The notes beneath the pieces are model-generated. The model was not told where the DNA came from. It made no database searches and saw only the letters and a list, made by a program, of their open reading frames with translations. The translations under genes were made by a program, and so were the position numbers. Source: Pirellula staleyi DSM 6068 (GTDB lineage Bacteria; Planctomycetota; Planctomycetia; Pirellulales; Pirellulaceae). Taken from it: a DNA stretch of 64,000 bases. Each line of letters starts with the position of its first letter. The stretch's first letter is position 1. Below, piece by piece: positions 31,394-40,655 of this stretch. The stretch lies in NCBI GenBank assembly GCA_945900945.1, contig CAMDKL010000006.1, forward strand, positions 6,990 through 70,989, written 5' to 3'.

Positions 31394-33112
31394 ATGCGGT
31401 TGGTTGTTGTAGTCCTCGTTGTTGTTTTTTCACAGGGCCTAGTCGACGGATATCGATTCGCCAATGCCGATTCCCCGATTGGGTCCGATTCAGGGAGTCT
31501 GAAACGGGTCAGAGATTCAGTGCTCGCGGGGAAAACCAAGACTGCAGTTTCGGAACTCCGATCGCTTAGGAGTCAACAGCGATTGGAATGGCTGAGCGAA
31601 CTGCATCAAAACAGTAACGAACAACGTCCCAACGGAGGCGCCTCGATTGCAGATTACACCGCTTTGATTGGTTTGATCGAAAGCGTTATTGACGCAGAAT
31701 GGGCAGTCAATGGTGGCACGGCAACTGCAATTCCGTACCGTCAAGGAGTACGAATCGACCCCAAGGGTTTGATTGAGCGCTTGGACCCGACTAAGACCCT
31801 ACTGACATCGCGCAATCTACCTCGCGATCAAGATAAGACCATGAACCCGCCAACTATTTCGCTCACTAATTTGGGCGAGTGGCAACAGGCGACGTCCCTG
31901 CGCTGGATTTCATTGCATCAATTGGACCAACAGGTCGCCGAACGCTCGCGAGACCCGAAGAGATTGCGAGCCAGTATTGCTATGGAGTTGCTGGGTGGAC
32001 TCTATCGGATTGACTACTTGGCATTCGACAAAGCGTCGCAAGAGTGGTACCTAGGCGGACCGGCCGGCAATCTCGTAGCCAACACGCTCGGAGATTTATT
32101 GAATCCGGATACACGCTTGCCACCAGTTCTGCTTGAGGACTTGCTCGGTGTCGCCCCGCACGTTTTAGGAAACATAGGAGAATTCGGATGCTCAATCAAT
32201 CCAGACCCGGCGCGATTGACCGCTGCTTATGAAATGGCTCGAAGCACGTCGTCGATGCGTTCCCTGCAACGGCAACCCGAACGGTGGACGGAACTATGGC
32301 GTCAAAAGCTTGGCAAACAACACGCCAAGGTGATCGGGCTGAATCAGGATTCGCCTACTGGTTATGCGCTCTTGATCGCTGATGCACACATGAAACGTTT
32401 GGGTCTTGGCTTAGAGCCCTGTCCGACCCAAATGAAATCCTATTGGAAAGAAAAAGAGATTTTTACCGGTTCGAGCAACGGTACCGATGCAAGCATGGTC
32501 CGATGGTGGTTTTCTGCAACGGATCACAAGATCCCCATGGATCCCGATCGCAAGATTTACCATTTCGCTTCGTCGAATATCCAAGTTCTCAGCGAAGCCC
32601 AAATGATGAATGCTTTAGGTGAGCGAGTCCTGACAAATTCACCGGACTTCGCCGCAGATACCTTCGCAAAGAAATTCACACTCAACTTGGACAGATTGCA
32701 ACGAGACTATCCAGTCTACGGTCGACTGCGACATGTATTTGACTTGGCCATTGCATTAGAAATAGTTCGGCATGAAATTCAAAACGGAAACGGGAAGCCC
32801 TTTTTGGCTATCGACAATCCAGAACTACAGCCGCGACTACCGGTAACGCCACTTGAAATCGACTCCGTAGCTGCCACCCATCGGATGCCCAATCAATCGA
32901 TGGCAGCAATCGTTAGCGGTGGAGTTTCTATCCATTCACGGGACTTTTCGAAACGACTTGTGATCGATAAATCGCAAACCAACAAGGTGGACTTAGAATC
33001 ATCCAATGATACCCACAGGGTAGCCTGTACTAAGTCACAGGATTCGACTTATTGGCTAGAGAATTCCGACGAGTCTCTGCTTCCGCGACGGGATATCCCG
33101 TTTTGGAAGTAG
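31394..33112 (+). CDS. DUF1598 domain protein
   Basis: GGASIADY, QGVRIDPKG, FGCSINP, LIADAHMKRLGLG, VRWWF, YGRLRHVFDLA; GGAGG-like RBS (tggagg) upstream. Confidence 0.88.
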   Translation: MRLVVVVLVVVFSQGLVDGYRFANADSPIGSDSGSLKRVRDSVLAGKTKTAVSELRSLRSQQRLEWLSELHQNSNEQRPNGGASIADYTALIGLIESVIDAEWAVNGGTATAIPYRQGVRIDPKGLIERLDPTKTLLTSRNLPRDQDKTMNPPTISLTNLGEWQQATSLRWISLHQLDQQVAERSRDPKRLRASIAMELLGGLYRIDYLAFDKASQEWYLGGPAGNLVANTLGDLLNPDTRLPPVLLEDLLGVAPHVLGNIGEFGCSINPDPARLTAAYEMARSTSSMRSLQRQPERWTELWRQKLGKQHAKVIGLNQDSPTGYALLIADAHMKRLGLGLEPCPTQMKSYWKEKEIFTGSSNGTDASMVRWWFSATDHKIPMDPDRKIYHFASSNIQVLSEAQMMNALGERVLTNSPDFAADTFAKKFTLNLDRLQRDYPVYGRLRHVFDLAIALEIVRHEIQNGNGKPFLAIDNPELQPRLPVTPLEIDSVAATHRMPNQSMAAIVSGGVSIHSRDFSKRLVIDKSQTNKVDLESSNDTHRVACTKSQDSTYWLENSDESLLPRRDIPFWK

Positions 33113-33865
33113 CTATCTGGCCACCCCTTTTAGCTTGCCAAGTCCACCGTCCACGCCAATCGTTTGACCTGTTACCCAAGATTGCTCTGGAGATGCGAGC
33201 CAAAGTATTGCACGCGCAATGTCCTCCGGTTGTCCGAATCGTCCAAGAGGATGCATCGAGAGCGAAACTTCAGCAGACCTAGGATTTCCCCAGATTCTCT
33301 CCGTCAGTGGAGTTTGCACGAGTCCAGGGGCGACAGCATTGACTCGCACTTGCTTGGCTGCATAGGTCATTGCTGCGGATCGAACCATGCCCTCAACGCC
33401 TGCTTTGCAAGCCGCAATAGCTTCGTGATTCGACAATCCGATGGAGGCTGCTGCAGAACTCATCAAGACGATAGAACCACCGTTTGGAATCATACGTGGA
33501 ACGCAGCACTTTAGGAGTCCAGCGGCAGATGTCAGATTTGCACCAACGGTTGCGTCCCACTCTGCGCGACTGGTTAGATGCATAGGTTTCAGTAATACCG
33601 AGCCAGCCAAATTGATCGCGGCGTTGATTCCACCAAGTAAACCCTCGGCACTCGATACGACTCCGTCGAGCTGTGTCCAATCATTCCCGTCCGCGACGGC
33701 ATATCCCCATCCGTACGCTTGCGACATCTCCTTCAGCTTATCCACCGAACGACCAATCAAAAAAGCCTCACCGCCAGATTTGGCGAGTTGACTGCATACC
33801 GCTTGGCCTATTCCACCCGATGCACCGACGATCACTGCCCTGATGTTTATCGATGTTTCACTCAT
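33113..33865 (-). CDS. SDR family oxidoreductase (atypical, catalytic Tyr absent)
   Basis: GASGGIG, NLAGS, HEAIAACKAG in place of YxxxK, RVNAVAPG, GQTIGVDGG. Confidence 0.92.
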   Translation of the reverse strand: MSETSINIRAVIVGASGGIGQAVCSQLAKSGGEAFLIGRSVDKLKEMSQAYGWGYAVADGNDWTQLDGVVSSAEGLLGGINAAINLAGSVLLKPMHLTSRAEWDATVGANLTSAAGLLKCCVPRMIPNGGSIVLMSSAAASIGLSNHEAIAACKAGVEGMVRSAAMTYAAKQVRVNAVAPGLVQTPLTERIWGNPRSAEVSLSMHPLGRFGQPEDIARAILWLASPEQSWVTGQTIGVDGGLGKLKGVAR

Positions 33866-34141
33866 TGCATTTCATCAGGTTTGAGCGAGGACCAGTCGGT
33901 CCCCTTGGAGAGATTACGGCATTTCAGACTCTATTATGGTAGAGGCTCGTCAAGTGCTAGAGAAACAAAATATTCTCAGGCGATTAAGTCTAAAGTTTTT
34001 GTCTTAAACTTAATTGCAAGTATGCATCTACTCAGTTGACAATCCCGTATAGTCACCCAACGAGTCGCGACCGTTCCAATCGGATCCTCAAGTTTGACTT
34101 GAGGTACCCTCCCACGTTCTCCCACGGAAATTAAGATCAAA

Positions 34142-35035
34142 ATGAAGTCACATTTATTTAGTTTAGCTATGGCCGCCGTTACAAGTTGCGGACCTTTCGC
34201 TTTTGCAGCGGATAAAAACATTGTTGACACGGCCGTTGCTGCAGGCAGCTTCAAGACTCTCGCTGCTGCTTTGAGTGCCGCTGACCTTGTTGGTGCTCTC
34301 AAGGGTGCTGGTCCATTCACGGTATTTGCTCCAACCGATGCCGCTTTCGCCAAGTTGCCAGCCGGAACTGTTGAAGGTCTTCTCAAGCCAGAAAATAAAG
34401 CAAAGCTAGCTGCAATTTTGACCTACCACGTTGTAAGTGGTAAAGTCATGGCTTCGGATGTTGTCAAGGTCAATGGAGCGGTTACGCTCAATGGTCAACG
34501 AGTTGATGTCAAAGTAGATGGTAAGACAGTCAATATTGACGGAGCCAAAGTGGTGACGACAGACATCGCTTGCAGCAACGGTGTCATCCATGTCATTGAC
34601 TCGGTAATTCTGCCTGCATCGGATAGTATTCCGGCGGTAGCGGACAAGGCTGGTAAATTTAAAACATTGCTCGCAGCCGTCAAGGCAGCCGGCTTGGTTG
34701 AAACGTTGAGCGGTCCTGGCCCTTACACTGTTTTCGCTCCAACGGACGAAGCATTTGCCAAAGTTCCTGCTGCAACCCTCGCTGATCTTCTCAAACCTGA
34801 GAACAAAGCGACTCTTGCTGGAATCCTAACGTATCACGTTGTGGCTGGTCGAGTGTACTCCGAAGCTGCCGTAGCTGCGAAGTCTGCCAAGACCGTTCAA
34901 GGTTCATCGGTTGTCATCAAAGCCAACGATAAGGGAGCTTTCGTCAACGATGCCAAGATCCTTGCGACCGATGTCGATGCTTCGAACGGTGTCATTCACA
35001 TTATCGACTCGGTGATCATGCCACCGGCCAAGTAA
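34142..35035 (+). CDS. Secreted fasciclin (two FAS1 domains)
   Basis: Signal peptide; two copies of [13 protein letters not shown] and SNGVIHVID. Confidence 0.96.
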   Translation: MKSHLFSLAMAAVTSCGPFAFAADKNIVDTAVAAGSFKTLAAALSAADLVGALKGAGPFTVFAPTDAAFAKLPAGTVEGLLKPENKAKLAAILTYHVVSGKVMASDVVKVNGAVTLNGQRVDVKVDGKTVNIDGAKVVTTDIACSNGVIHVIDSVILPASDSIPAVADKAGKFKTLLAAVKAAGLVETLSGPGPYTVFAPTDEAFAKVPAATLADLLKPENKATLAGILTYHVVAGRVYSEAAVAAKSAKTVQGSSVVIKANDKGAFVNDAKILATDVDASNGVIHIIDSVIMPPAK

Positions 35036-35079
35036 ATTCGAATATCAAACCAATTTTCCACGAAACGCTGGTAAATCTG

Positions 35080-35114
35080 AAACGTCTCCTGCCAAAACAG
35101 GGGGCGTTTTTTTT
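35080..35114 (+). terminator. Rho-independent terminator after fasciclin
   Basis: aaacgtctcctg-ccaaaa-cagggggcgttt stem with G-U pairs, followed by a T8 run. Confidence 0.8.
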
Positions 35115-35372
35115 GGTTCTGTACTAGCCACCGTTTTTGAGCAGGCTGCAATCAAAGAGAACGGGTTTATCTGGATTGGTCGTTGGGTCTAAGTAAGCAC
35201 CTATGCACAAGTTTTCGAGCAAAAAAAATGAACATGGATGGACAAGCTGTACTGGATGATTTCCATTCGCTGATCGATTCAGTTGTGTCGTATGAATCGT
35301 TTGGTTCCGAGTTTCGGATTGCCAAAATGGATCAGTAGGCGGACCTCGATTCCGGTTGCCTTTGGGCGTCGG

Positions 35373-35561
35373 TCATTCGAGGTTTGTGATGGCGTACTCT
35401 GTGTTTTCTTTGCGATCAGGGCCATATGATCGTATTTGCAATCGGGCGCCGTCTGGCTTGTAATCGTATAGCGTTCCCCATGGATCCTTGACGATAGCGC
35501 GTTTCAAGTAAGGAGCCCATTCCGTCGGCGAATCGTCCGTCTTCGTCCAAAGCTCCTGTAA
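35373..35561 (-). pseudogene. Type II secretion pseudopilin GspG C-terminal fragment
   Basis: LQELWTK...WAPYLKRAIVKDPWGTLYDY...IRSYGPDRKENTEYAITN matches the T2SS-G C-terminus (DPWG, SYGPD); N-terminal pilin helix absent. Confidence 0.75.
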
Positions 35562-35660
35562 GGTGCCTTGAAATTCTCCGGCATCAATTGCAGTCACAAT
35601 CGACGGATATTCGAGTTCACCGATCGCTCGAACTTCCCGTTGAAACCGAGCTTCTTCGGA
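35562..35660 (-). pseudogene. Ser/Thr protein kinase fragment (subdomains III-V)
   Basis: EARFQREVRAIGELEYPSIVTAIDAGEFQGT, like RFQREVxAxGxLxHPxIVxAxDAGE of planctomycete Hanks kinases; fused in frame to the GspG fragment. Confidence 0.75.
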
Positions 35661-35699
35661 TGGAACTCGCCCCGTCGTCTTGGAGCATCTGTTTGCTTC

Positions 35700-35963
35700 T
35701 TTCGATCGGTTGTCTCCGAGCAAGACTGGATGCGAGACGAACCAAGTGAGCCTTTCGATATCGGTTCGTTAACCCGGCGAGCCATAGAACAAGTTCGAGG
35801 CGAATTCACATCGCAGTCTTGGACGGTCTTTGAAAGAACCGTGGTCGATGGCATTGATACGTCGATCGTTTCCAAGGAGTTGGGACTTTCTCCGTCGACC
35901 ATCCGGCAGGCCAAGAGCCGAATCCTCAGGAGGCTTCGCGAACAACTCGGCGATTTGGAGTAG
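35700..35963 (+). pseudogene. ECF sigma factor C-terminal (region 4) fragment
   Basis: LTRRAIEQVRGEFTSQSWTVFERTVVDG...VSKELGLSPSTIRQAKSRILRRLREQLGDL; region 2 absent. Confidence 0.8.
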
Positions 35964-36003
35964 GGCGAACTAGAGTAGGCTGAGGTCGACAACGATCGGT
36001 CGA

Positions 36004-37299
36004 CTATTTCCAGTGCCGATCCGCGAAGTTCATATATTGCTGCCAATCGAAAGAGAGAATATCGTGAGTCCCTGTGCGATTGTGATAGCCGACACGGTCG
36101 CCGACACTGATGTCGGAAGCGGGCGGCACCTCCGACGGCAGGCCATTGTAACCAAGCAATTGGTAAACAGGTGACGCGTACCAACCGCTCAAGTACTCTC
36201 CTTTGGGATCAGCCCAAAGATCCTTGGTAGCGCTCGCGATGTAAACAGGGCGAGGTGCAATGCATGCTAAGAGTGTATGTTGATCGAATGGCATCGCAGA
36301 CTCGTTCTGGTTATAATCCTGGAACTTGGGACAAAACCAATGCGGAAAAGAAGTATTGATGCGAGCCACGGCTTCGCCAAAATTGCGGCGTTCCAAGGCT
36401 GCACCACCGCAGCCAGAATTATTTGCGATGACAATGGAAAAACGCGGGTCGGATGCGCCTGCCCAAAGGGACGTCTTTCCCAATCGTGAATGTCCAATTA
36501 CAGCTACTTTATCAGGATCGATATTGGGTTGCTGAATCAAAACGTCCATGAGCCGAGATAGACCCCATGCCCAACCGGCGATGGTGCCCCAACGCTCGCG
36601 ATTTTCGGAGGAAGCTCGATGCAATGGAAAGAGAGAGTGGACGCCGTTCTTGAATCCGTCGTCAAAATCCGGGTCAATATCCCCGTAGTATGCCGTCGCG
36701 ACTGCGTAGCCGCGTTCGTTGATTTCGGCGATGGGCCATCGTCTATCTTGGGCGCCACGAATGCTTTCGGTTGCGCGGTTCTCCGTCACACCCGTTTTTG
36801 AATCGTTAGCGACCCAACTTTTGGGAAGCCGTAAAGCAGGTGACGAATCAATCGTGTGGTTGCCTTGGAAATTCAAACCAAGGAAAGTTCCTCTGACTTT
36901 TCCTGGTTGATTGGGTGTCAACAAAACGAAGTCGATATCGAGTGATGCCGCATCGGTTTTGAGGTGGACAACGAATTGCTGTCGCTTTGTCTTGTCGTTG
37001 TTCATTAGTCCTTGTTCGACAAGCTCCCAAGTGACGGCCGCTTTTTCGGTGGGTGCGATTCCGTATTCGTGCTCAGCAATAATCTGCAACCATCGAGCGC
37101 GTTGAACCGGCCAGTCTTTTGCATCCGTAATACGGGTCCCATCCACACGTAGCAATGGATCTGGCAGCGGGCTCATCACAACGAGCGATTCATCCTCGTT
37201 GGCTTTGGGTGCTTGGCACATGGCAACGCTGTCGCTCAGTGCTGCAAATAGAGTTAGAAAACCTAAAAAAATTATTCGTTCGTGAAGTGGACAGGACAT
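36004..37299 (-). CDS. CE15 glucuronoyl esterase-like alpha/beta hydrolase
   Basis: WGTIAGWAWG, VIGHSRLGKTSLWAGASD (G-x-S-R-x-G-K), NNSGCGG, FPHWF, PFDQHTLLACIAPRP. Confidence 0.88.
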   Translation of the reverse strand: MSCPLHERIIFLGFLTLFAALSDSVAMCQAPKANEDESLVVMSPLPDPLLRVDGTRITDAKDWPVQRARWLQIIAEHEYGIAPTEKAAVTWELVEQGLMNNDKTKRQQFVVHLKTDAASLDIDFVLLTPNQPGKVRGTFLGLNFQGNHTIDSSPALRLPKSWVANDSKTGVTENRATESIRGAQDRRWPIAEINERGYAVATAYYGDIDPDFDDGFKNGVHSLFPLHRASSENRERWGTIAGWAWGLSRLMDVLIQQPNIDPDKVAVIGHSRLGKTSLWAGASDPRFSIVIANNSGCGGAALERRNFGEAVARINTSFPHWFCPKFQDYNQNESAMPFDQHTLLACIAPRPVYIASATKDLWADPKGEYLSGWYASPVYQLLGYNGLPSEVPPASDISVGDRVGYHNRTGTHDILSFDWQQYMNFADRHWK

Positions 37300-37498
37300 G
37301 GGTAGGGATTTCAGAATTTAGGAGGGGGAGGCACATAGAAGCGTGACTATTGTAGCTAAGCATTGAGCGGACCGTTAGTGTCGGCCGGTAAATCCGAGTT
37401 CGAGAATCGTCTTGAAATTGAGAATTGACATCGCAGGCCAGCGACCCAGCCGGCTAAAATAGTCCGATTCGCCCCCCCACGCATGCCATCGGTAGTAA

Positions 37499-38392
37499 AT
37501 GAACCAAACGACTATTCCCGAGTCCAATTATCGATTGCTTGATTTCGGATTAGGTCGAAAACTGGAGCAATTCGGTGACCTGATCGTAGATCGTCCCTGT
37601 CCCAGTGCCATGTCTTCGAAAAAGGGTTCGAGCCTTTGGGATAAGAGGGATCTTTCCTACTCACTCACAGAAAAGGACCGTTGGCATTACCTTAACTCCA
37701 GAGCACCAACGGGATCAACGACCAAAGATAATTGGTTCTGCGTGTGCGATGGTATTCGAATGTTTCTCAAACCTACTCCGGCTGGGCAAGTTGGCGTCTT
37801 TCCTGAACATTGGGGACATTGGCCATGGCTCTTGGAGAGAATTCCGCTTGATGGCGCAATACTAGCCAAGGCGCCGAGAGTCCTCAGTCTGTTCGCGTAT
37901 ACTGGGGCAACCACCCTCGCTTTAGCCAGAGCCGGTTGTGCGGTGACCCACGTGGACTCCTCTAAACCAACGGTTGCATGGGCTCGAGAGAATTGTGACT
38001 ATTCGGATCTTGGTACCGCATCTATTCGGTGGATAGTCGACGATGCCGCTACCTTTGTAAAACGCGAACTTAGACGCAACACACAATATGAAGCGATCCT
38101 GCTCGACCCGCCAACTTATGGAAATGGAGGCAAGGGCACGAGGTGGGAAATCCATCGCCATTTGATGGCGTTGTTGACGGATTGCTGGCAATTGCTTTCA
38201 GACCAGCGCCGGGCCGTGCTACTTTGTGGCCATTCATCACATATCGCCATTCGCGATATCAATGAGAAACTTGCACAGCAACATGGAGTCGAATGTGTTT
38301 CGAGCTGCGAAATATCTCAAGCCAGTCTAGTGGATTTGGCGGGTCGCAAGCTGGACTGTGGATTCGCTGCTCGGTATTCATTTTCAGGATAG
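37499..38392 (+). CDS. Class I SAM-dependent methyltransferase (RlmI/RlmK-like catalytic domain)
   Basis: KLEQFG, VLSLFAYTGATT, HVDSSK, RWIVDDA, ILLDPPTYG. Confidence 0.9.
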   Translation: MNQTTIPESNYRLLDFGLGRKLEQFGDLIVDRPCPSAMSSKKGSSLWDKRDLSYSLTEKDRWHYLNSRAPTGSTTKDNWFCVCDGIRMFLKPTPAGQVGVFPEHWGHWPWLLERIPLDGAILAKAPRVLSLFAYTGATTLALARAGCAVTHVDSSKPTVAWARENCDYSDLGTASIRWIVDDAATFVKRELRRNTQYEAILLDPPTYGNGGKGTRWEIHRHLMALLTDCWQLLSDQRRAVLLCGHSSHIAIRDINEKLAQQHGVECVSSCEISQASLVDLAGRKLDCGFAARYSFSG

Positions 38393-38429
38393 GCTTGGGC
38401 TACCGAGCAAATGGGCTACACTATAGCTT

Positions 38430-38619
38430 GGATTATTCACGGGCGATTTATTGATCCGCCGATAGGCGTTAGGCTAATGGCACTCACGTTGGACTTTTTT
38501 CGCTAGCTTCGGTCTGCGTTTTAAGCGATTTCGCCAGTGAATTTAGGCCCAGGGCTAGCGCCCGCCGGTTCACGAAGTCGCAAAATGAGTGGCAGAGCAC
38601 AATGGGTTATGAATAATCC
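38430..38619. repeat. Family 1 repeat inverted doublet bounded by 10-bp inverted repeats
   Basis: GGATTATTCA (38430-38439) ... TGAATAATCC (38610-38619) enclosing two degenerate, oppositely oriented units. Confidence 0.8.
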
Positions 38620-38675
38620 GTGTTAGGTAGATTTGTTTCCGTTGAAACGAGATTTTTGCATCAAAGGAATGGTCA

Positions 38676-39698
38676 GTGGCTCGCAACGAACAACTTATAC
38701 GACAACACAAAATCATTCAAATCCTCGAACGTTCTCGGTACGGTGCGACGCTGGAAGATCTTCGCGATTCCGTCGTCCAGGAACTTGGGATCGGCACTTT
38801 GCACGTTCGCAGTATTCGCCGAGACATAGAAGCACTCCAAGCGGCTGGCATGCACATCATTACCGAGGAAACTCAGACCGGAAAAGTCTGGAAGATGAGC
38901 CGTATCGAAAAGGGGCTCCACAAAATCGCTATCACCTCCAGCGAACTCATCGCTCTTTCGATGGGCCGCGATCTTCTCTTGCCCCTCGTAGGAACGCAAT
39001 TTTGGCAAGGCATCGAAGGGTTCTGGAACAAAGTTCGCGAGCAACTCCCCGTAGGGGTCTGGGACCATTATCAACGCTATCGCCGGACTCTTCGTGTTCT
39101 CGGCGTCCCTGCTAAAACCTACGAAAAACAGCAGGGCATCCTCAAGACGATCAACCGTGCCATACAGGAACATCGCAAACTCGAGATAGAATACGAGGCC
39201 ATCGGCAAGCCCATAGCGACACGCTGGCTGGAACCCTATGGTTTAGTCATGTACCAAAGCAGCATCTACGTCGTCGCCATTGAATCGGGCAAGAGTGAAG
39301 ATGCTGACGCTGACGAACGACTTCGGCATTGGAAACTGGATCGATTCACTAAAGCGACCGCGCTCGACGAATGGTTCAAGGCCGACGAAGAAGTGGACCT
39401 GGAGGAGCATCTCGGAAAAAGCGTTGGAATTTTCAGTGGAGGTGACAAACCGGTAACTTATACGATTAAACTATCGCGAAACGCCGCTCGTTGGATTCAA
39501 GAGGAACCCTGGCATGCAGACCAAAAACTGGAATTCGAAAGCGACGGCTCCTGCATCATGAAAGTCCCTGCGTACCATCCCATGGAAATTATCCCAAACG
39601 TCCTGAAGCTAGGCAACGAAGCCCAACTGCTCGAACCAGCTGAAGGCCGCAAGGAAATCAAAAAGATCATCCAACAACTATCCAAAGACTACGCGTAA
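38676..39698 (+). CDS. WYL-domain transcriptional regulator (HTH-WYL-WCX)
   Basis: N-terminal wHTH (RSIRRDIEALQAAG), LEPYGLV, RHWKLDRF, C-terminal VLKLGNEAQLLEP; GTG start with AGGA RBS. Confidence 0.93.
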   Translation: MARNEQLIRQHKIIQILERSRYGATLEDLRDSVVQELGIGTLHVRSIRRDIEALQAAGMHIITEETQTGKVWKMSRIEKGLHKIAITSSELIALSMGRDLLLPLVGTQFWQGIEGFWNKVREQLPVGVWDHYQRYRRTLRVLGVPAKTYEKQQGILKTINRAIQEHRKLEIEYEAIGKPIATRWLEPYGLVMYQSSIYVVAIESGKSEDADADERLRHWKLDRFTKATALDEWFKADEEVDLEEHLGKSVGIFSGGDKPVTYTIKLSRNAARWIQEEPWHADQKLEFESDGSCIMKVPAYHPMEIIPNVLKLGNEAQLLEPAEGRKEIKKIIQQLSKDYA

Positions 39699-39708
39699 TT
39701 GTCCTCGT

Positions 39709-39753
39709 TTAACCGGCTCAGCCGCGATTATGTTTAACCGGCGCAGCCGCGAT
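39709..39753. repeat. Tandem pair of REP-like motif tttaaccggc(t/g)cagccgcgat
   Basis: Two direct copies with 25-nt periodicity. Confidence 0.7.
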
Positions 39754-39762
39754 CCCCCCATT

Positions 39763-39793
39763 ACTCCACTCCACTCCACTCCACTCCACTCCA
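39763..39793. repeat. Pentanucleotide SSR (ACTCC)6
   Basis: Six perfect ACTCC copies ending 2 nt before ATG 39796. Confidence 0.95.
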
Positions 39794-39795
39794 TC

Positions 39796-40488
39796 ATGCA
39801 CCCCATCGTTCAAATCTCCCTCGACCTAACCAACATCGACGAAGCACTCGAAACAGCCGCCATGGCCATGCGAGCTGGAGTCGACTGGCTCGAAGCGGGA
39901 ACACCGCTCATTTTGGCGGAGGGACTGCATGGCATTCGAGCCTTGCGGGCCGCATTCCCAACCACGCCGATCATCGCCGATCTCAAGACCATGGACGGCG
40001 GATACCTCGAAGCGCAGATGATGGCTGGAGCTGGCGCGACACACGTGGTCGTGATGGCTCGGGCTCACGAAGAAACGATTCGCTGCGTCGTCAAGGCGGG
40101 TCGGGACTTTGGCGTCAAAGTCATGGGTGACAATATGATCTGCCCTGATATGGTCGCGGGTGCAAAATGGCTTGAGGATCTTGGATGCGACTTCGTGATT
40201 CACCATATTGGTTACGACGAACGCCGCGGCATTGCCGCTCGCGGCGAACGCATGCCGAGCCCTCTCGATCAATTGAGACAGGTAGCCCAGGCTGTGAAAA
40301 TCCCAGTTCAAGCCGTCGGGGGCTTAACGTTAGAACAAGCGATTCAATGCCCAGCCTACGGTGCCCCGTTGGTCGTACTTGGGGCACCGTTGACCATTGA
40401 TGCGGATGCGTTCAAAACCGCCAGCGGCGATTTAGAAAGCTCGCTTAGAATGATTTGCGATGCAATTCACAAATCCGTCGCTCCTTAA
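39796..40488 (+). CDS. 3-hexulose-6-phosphate synthase / KGPDC (OMPDC/HUMPS) family protein
   Basis: VQISLD, WLEAGTPL, ADLKTMDGG, HHIGYD, QAVGGL; start ATG 39796. Confidence 0.9.
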   Translation: MHPIVQISLDLTNIDEALETAAMAMRAGVDWLEAGTPLILAEGLHGIRALRAAFPTTPIIADLKTMDGGYLEAQMMAGAGATHVVVMARAHEETIRCVVKAGRDFGVKVMGDNMICPDMVAGAKWLEDLGCDFVIHHIGYDERRGIAARGERMPSPLDQLRQVAQAVKIPVQAVGGLTLEQAIQCPAYGAPLVVLGAPLTIDADAFKTASGDLESSLRMICDAIHKSVAP

Positions 40489-40512
40489 GAAATGGTGTTA
40501 AACTGCGCGGCA

Positions 40513-40595
40513 GGACGCAAGCCCAATGCCGCTCACTATGTGTTTTCGTGAACCGGTGGACGCTAGCCCCGGGCCCGAATTCGCTGGCGAATTCG
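40513..40595 (-). repeat. Family 1 repeat copy
   Basis: tttcgtgaaccggtggacgctagccccgggcccgaattcgctggcgaattcg is the reverse complement of the 23520-23575 core. Confidence 0.85.
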
Positions 40596-40655
40596 CAAGG
40601 TAAATCGCACCTCGGGTCTTACAACTACACTTACCCAAAAACAAAAAACCAAATC

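Noticed and set aside
35228-35338. 36-codon ORF MNMDGQAVLDDFHSL...
   Set aside because: No RBS or recognisable motif; possibly part of the adjacent scrambled region
37425-37460. TTGACA and TAAAAT upstream of the methyltransferase
   Set aside because: Spacing is 24 nt, incompatible with a sigma70 promoter
39730-39795. N-terminal extension MFNRRSRDPPITPLHSTPLHS of the HPS gene
   Set aside because: It is a translation of REP-like and SSR DNA; the family begins at MHPIVQISLD
40455-40655. N-terminal extension of the Zn-dehydrogenase ORF
   Set aside because: Runs through a family 1 repeat; homology begins at MKSAAVV (40656)
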